A DNA stretch of 64,000 nt, taken from contig CAWHWM010000003.1 in NCBI GenBank assembly GCA_963833055.1, positions 71,402-135,401 on the forward strand, in the 5' to 3' direction. Of the stretch, positions 61,075 through 64,000 are shown one piece after another. This DNA is from Candidatus Dormiibacterota bacterium. GTDB lineage: Bacteria; Chloroflexota; Dormibacteria; Aeolococcales; Aeolococcaceae. The notes below the pieces were generated by a model. The model was not told where the DNA came from. It was given only the letters and a program-made list of their open reading frames with translations, and did not search any database. The stretch's first letter is position 1; every line of letters begins with the position of its first letter. Position numbers and translations under genes: made by a program.

Positions 61075-61869
61075 TCAATCCGTGGGTGCCGCCAGGTCGC
61101 CGCGCTGCTTCTGCGTCCGCGCGCTCAGGTACTGGTCCCAGGTCCTGGTTCCGACGGTGTGCCGCGGTGGTGGCAGCAGTGCACCGTTGCGAACAGCCTT
61201 GCTTCCGGGAATCCGCACAGGGAGCACCCATCGGTGGCGATCCGTGGCGGCGAGGTAACTGCGAAACAGCTCCAACCAGGTCGATACCTGCGGGCCGGCG
61301 ACGTCAGGCGCGCGACCAGCGGGTTTCCCAAGGGCGAACGCTACCAATTGCGCTGCGACGTCGTCGGCATCGACCGGCTGGACACGAAAACCCGCCGGCA
61401 CCGGTGCCACAAGTGGGATTCTCGCGAGCTTCCGGGAGTTGTCGAAGCAATAGTCGAAGAACTGCGTGGCTCGAAGGATTGTCCAGGGCAGGCCGCTGTT
61501 CTCCACGATCCGCTCAACCTCGAGCTTCGTCTTGACGTATCCCCATGACGACATCAGGTCGATGCCGACGATGGACGGCTGCACGAGGTGCGGGGTGCAG
61601 CTCCGGATCGCTGCCTTGACCAGATTCCTCGTCGCGTCCGCGTCCCCCTTTGTGCTGGTGGCGCAATGAATGATTGCGCTGACACCGCTCACCGCGGGAT
61701 CGATGCCCTCCCCTCGCAGCAGGTCTCCGGTGAAGAACGTCGCCGGCAACGGGGTGTCGCGCGGGCGGCGGGCGAGCACACGAACGTCGCAACCGGCATC
61801 GACCAGTCGGGACACGACGTGTCGCCCCAGGCGGCCGGTACCGCCGGTGACGAGGATTGGAGGCGTCAT
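61075..61869 (-). CDS. NAD(P)H-binding protein (NmrA-like / atypical SDR)
   Basis: MTPPILVTGGTGRLGRHVVSRLV carries the Rossmann GxxGxxG motif. Start set at ATG 61869 within the longer ORF. Confidence 0.75.
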   Translation of the reverse strand: MTPPILVTGGTGRLGRHVVSRLVDAGCDVRVLARRPRDTPLPATFFTGDLLRGEGIDPAVSGVSAIIHCATSTKGDADATRNLVKAAIRSCTPHLVQPSIVGIDLMSSWGYVKTKLEVERIVENSGLPWTILRATQFFDYCFDNSRKLARIPLVAPVPAGFRVQPVDADDVAAQLVAFALGKPAGRAPDVAGPQVSTWLELFRSYLAATDRHRWVLPVRIPGSKAVRNGALLPPPRHTVGTRTWDQYLSARTQKQRGDLAAPTD

Positions 61870-62023
61870 TGATCGATACGGGCGGGTTCTGCCACAGGCG
61901 TCATCCCACGCTCCTTTCACAGGTGGTCTGTTTCGTTCGTCACCTCTATGACCGGCGGCTACAGCGAAATGTGACCGCGAGCCGCCTCCGCCAGGAGCCA
62001 TGTTGTCGGCAGAGCCCTGAGGG

Positions 62024-62497
62024 TTATGACGCTTCGATAAGACCGCCGGCGTCGTCTGGGGAGAGCGCGGAGATACAGGCCGTGAGGTCTCGGCACAGCC
62101 GGCTCTGCTGAGCCGGGGAAAGGCCGGCGAGCATCTGCTTCTCGACTGAGCGGACCTTCGCGCTCGCGACCCGGAGCCGGCGACGACCAGCCGCTGTGAG
62201 TTGACCGGGCAGCGCTCGACCGCTCGGAGCGGTCACCGGCCGAGTCACGAGACCGCGCTCCTCCAAACCGCGCAGCACGCCGTTCATGGATTGACGTGTC
62301 ACGAAGGCTCCCCGGGCGAGGTCCGCGTTCGATAACCCCGATTGGCGACCGAGCAGCTCCAGGCAGGCGTATTGCGGCACGGAAAGGTCCATCGGACGCA
62401 GTGTCGCGTCCAGGGCATATCGCAGCGTGGTGGCCGCCCGCTTGAGCATGTACCCGACGGACTCGTCCAACGGACCAACGGTTTCGACTTGCATCAT
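62024..62497 (-). CDS. MarR family transcriptional regulator
   Basis: ..LSVPQYACLELLGRQSGLSNADLARGAFVTRQSMNGVLRGLEERGLVTR.. is the winged helix-turn-helix. It is divergent from a VOC gene. Confidence 0.85.
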   Translation of the reverse strand: MMQVETVGPLDESVGYMLKRAATTLRYALDATLRPMDLSVPQYACLELLGRQSGLSNADLARGAFVTRQSMNGVLRGLEERGLVTRPVTAPSGRALPGQLTAAGRRRLRVASAKVRSVEKQMLAGLSPAQQSRLCRDLTACISALSPDDAGGLIEAS

Positions 62498-62539
62498 GTC
62501 AGTATCCTGACATATAGTCAGATGTCAAGAACCTGACAT
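62496..62539. promoter_or_regulatory. candidate MarR operator array: two inverted repeats built from TGACAT/ATGTCA half-sites
   Basis: The first repeat is ATGTCAG-tatc-CTGACAT (62496-62513). The second is ATGTCA-agaacc-TGACAT (62522-62539). Both lie in the 58-bp MarR/VOC divergent intergenic region, and the first touches the MarR start codon. Confidence 0.55.
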
Positions 62540-62555
62540 CGACGAGGAGACACTC

Positions 62556-62927
62556 ATGGCAGTGACTGGACCGGACTTCATCGCCCTCCAGGTGCGTGAC
62601 CTGGATCGTGCCGCCACCTTCTACGAAAGCCACCTCGGACTGCGGCGCATCCCCGCAAGTCCTCCCGGTGCAGTGGTGTTCGACACCAAGCCAGTGCCGT
62701 TTGCGGTCCGAGAGCCGCTGCCAGGCACCGACCTCGAGGCGGCGAGGCCTCGGCCAGGCGTCGGCGTCTCGCTGTGGCTCCTCGTCGATGACGCGCAAGC
62801 CCTCCACGATCAGCTGGCGGCCGCGGATGTGCCGATTGCTTCACCGCCGGCAAATGGACCGTTCGGGCGGATGTTCACCTTCGTTGACCCGGACGGCTAC
62901 GCTCTCACCCTCCATGACGGAACCTGA
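62556..62927 (+). CDS. VOC family (glyoxalase/bleomycin-resistance fold) protein
   Basis: ..FIALQVRDLDRAATFYESHLGL.. and ..FTFVDPDGYALTLHD are present. GAGGAG lies upstream of ATG 62556. Confidence 0.8.
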   Translation: MAVTGPDFIALQVRDLDRAATFYESHLGLRRIPASPPGAVVFDTKPVPFAVREPLPGTDLEAARPRPGVGVSLWLLVDDAQALHDQLAAADVPIASPPANGPFGRMFTFVDPDGYALTLHDGT

Positions 62928-63057
62928 AGGCAATGCCGGGCTTCATCTCAGATAGTCCGCTGGCTCGCGACGCCAGGTCGGCACACGTTTTCGGTGATCC
63001 TTGGATGCTGCTGCAACGCTGATAGGACGTCGCCTGCAAGGTGAAGGGCGGAAAGTG

Positions 63058-63100
63058 TTTGCCCAGACAGGGATTCGAACCCCGATCTCTCATTGGCAGA
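63058..63100 (-). other. tRNA-like 3' fragment (T-arm plus acceptor 3' strand), not a foldable tRNA
   Basis: The minus strand reads ..GAGAT-CGGGG-TTCGAAT-CCCTG-TCTGGGC-A. This is a canonical T stem-loop followed by 7 nt and a discriminator A. No complementary 5' acceptor strand (GCCCAGA), D-arm or proper anticodon arm lies upstream. Confidence 0.4.
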
Positions 63101-63197
63101 CGGTTACGTTACGAAGCGGGCAGTACTCAGGAGAGTCGCGTCCCGCGTGCCCACACTCCGAAGGTCCCCGTCTCTCTCTCGCCACCCCGGAGCGTTC

Positions 63198-64000
63198 ATG
63201 CCGTATCTCTCTCAGCGTGCTTGTCGTCGCGCGATCACGATCGCCGTCGTGTCCGCAGTCGCCTCGCTTGGCACAGCCGCCCTCATGCCAGGCATCGCGC
63301 ACGCAGCCGGTACGACACACCCCGGCGGCCATGTCTCCCCGCCTACGACGACGATCACGCCGGACGTCGCTTTGCCGACGCAATTGACTGTGGACGCGAC
63401 ACCAGCAAGCGTCCCGTTCGGCAGCACATCGACGCTCTCGGAGATCCTCCTCCCGGCAAACAGGATCGGCAATGGAGCGGTGACCTTCTTCTCCGGTAGC
63501 GCGACGCTCTGCACGGTCCAGTTACCAGCGAGCTCGTGCACGACATCGCCGGCGTTGGCAGCCGGCGCTTATCCGATCGTCGCATACTTTTCCGGCGCCC
63601 TTTCCGGCGGGGTCGTATGGATGAGCTCCAGCGCCACCACCGCACTGACCGTGACGGCGCTGACGTCGTTCACTGCAAGCGCAGAGCCGCCGAGCGTCGC
63701 TGTCGGGAGCACGTCCAATCTCACCGAGACTGGACTCCCTGGCACTGCGACGGGCACAGTAGCCTTCACATCTGGAGGTGCAGTGCTCTGTATTGCGACG
63801 TTACCGGCCACAACATGTGCGTACGCGGCATCCCTGGCGGCTGGTGCATATGGCATCGTCGCGACCTATGGTGGAGACAGCACTTTCGCGGGTTCCACAG
63901 CGACAACGATGCTCACCGTCACCCTCGTTGAGACGTCGACAAGGGTGACGTCGTCACGAAACCCGGCCGAGCTCGGTCAGATCGTCGTTTACACCGCGGA
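63198..64000 (+). CDS. secreted Ig-like domain repeat protein (3' end outside window)
   Basis: By manual translation, the frame is open from ATG 63198 to the window end. The signal peptide is MPYLSQRACRRAITIAVVSAVASLGTAALMPGIAHA. Repeats of about 90 aa follow (..GAVTFFSGSATLCTVQLPASSCTT..AAGAYPIVAYFSG.. / ..GTVAFTSGGAVLCIATLPATTCAY..AAGAYGIVATYGGDSTFAGS..), typical of bacterial Ig-like (group 3) repeats. This ORF is not in the supplied track because it has no stop. Confidence 0.7.
   Translation, partial: MPYLSQRACRRAITIAVVSAVASLGTAALMPGIAHAAGTTHPGGHVSPPTTTITPDVALPTQLTVDATPASVPFGSTSTLSEILLPANRIGNGAVTFFSGSATLCTVQLPASSCTTSPALAAGAYPIVAYFSGALSGGVVWMSSSATTALTVTALTSFTASAEPPSVAVGSTSNLTETGLPGTATGTVAFTSGGAVLCIATLPATTCAYAASLAAGAYGIVATYGGDSTFAGSTATTMLTVTLVETSTRVTSSRNPAELGQIVVYTA

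Noticed and set aside
63058-63135. A complete tRNA gene on the minus strand
   Set aside because: Only the T-arm and 3' acceptor strand are present. The best 5' candidate (GCCCGCT) gives 5 of 7 pairs and a 62-nt molecule with no D-arm and only a 3-bp anticodon stem.

Overview
High-GC chromosomal segment (roughly two-thirds G+C by eye, not computed), most likely from an actinobacterial genome. This is suggested by a MarP-like CvpA-protease fusion, a two-domain MshD-like GNAT, an ECF42-type sigma factor with YCII/DGPF partners, and frequent GTG/TTG starts with 4-nt start/stop overlaps. I recognise about 62 protein-coding genes. I see no rRNA, no intact tRNA, no CRISPR array, and no transposase, integrase or phage genes.

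Content from start to end:
- Ice-binding-like (DUF3494) gene tail, DinB, a lipoprotein, a MarP-like protease and an L,D-transpeptidase.
- An OpuC-type osmoprotectant ABC operon.
- Two bactofilins around a SAM methyltransferase.
- FMN-dependent hydroxy-acid oxidase and an HtrA-like protease.
- YCII / ECF42 sigma / YCII module.
- GNAT, cation/H+ antiporter, quinone oxidoreductase, DsbA and Lon.
- Operon of PAS histidine kinase, response regulator and REC-PAS-GGDEF-EAL.
- G1 (eqolisin-like) peptidase.
- Rieske protein, a giant FtsX permease and a cupredoxin.
- Two translationally coupled MutS-domain-V-like ATPases.
- HD-GYP protein followed by an unusual Cys/Asn 12-residue tandem repeat.
- TM-GGDEF-EAL, class A PBP, SulP/STAS, AlkB, MscS and an orphan family-5 SBP.
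- ABC-2 exporter, ArsR/MFS pair, MsrPQ-like pair and MarR/VOC pair.
- A tRNA-like 3' fragment and an Ig-like repeat surface protein running off the window.

The dominant anomaly is frameshifting. At least 24 genes need one or more +/-1 frame changes to restore conserved domains. This is either an indel-rich assembly or recent pseudogenisation, and I cannot decide which from sequence alone. Most interesting for follow-up are the Cys/Asn repeat module (39405-39593), the paired MutS-like ATPases (33391-36574) and the frameshift load itself.
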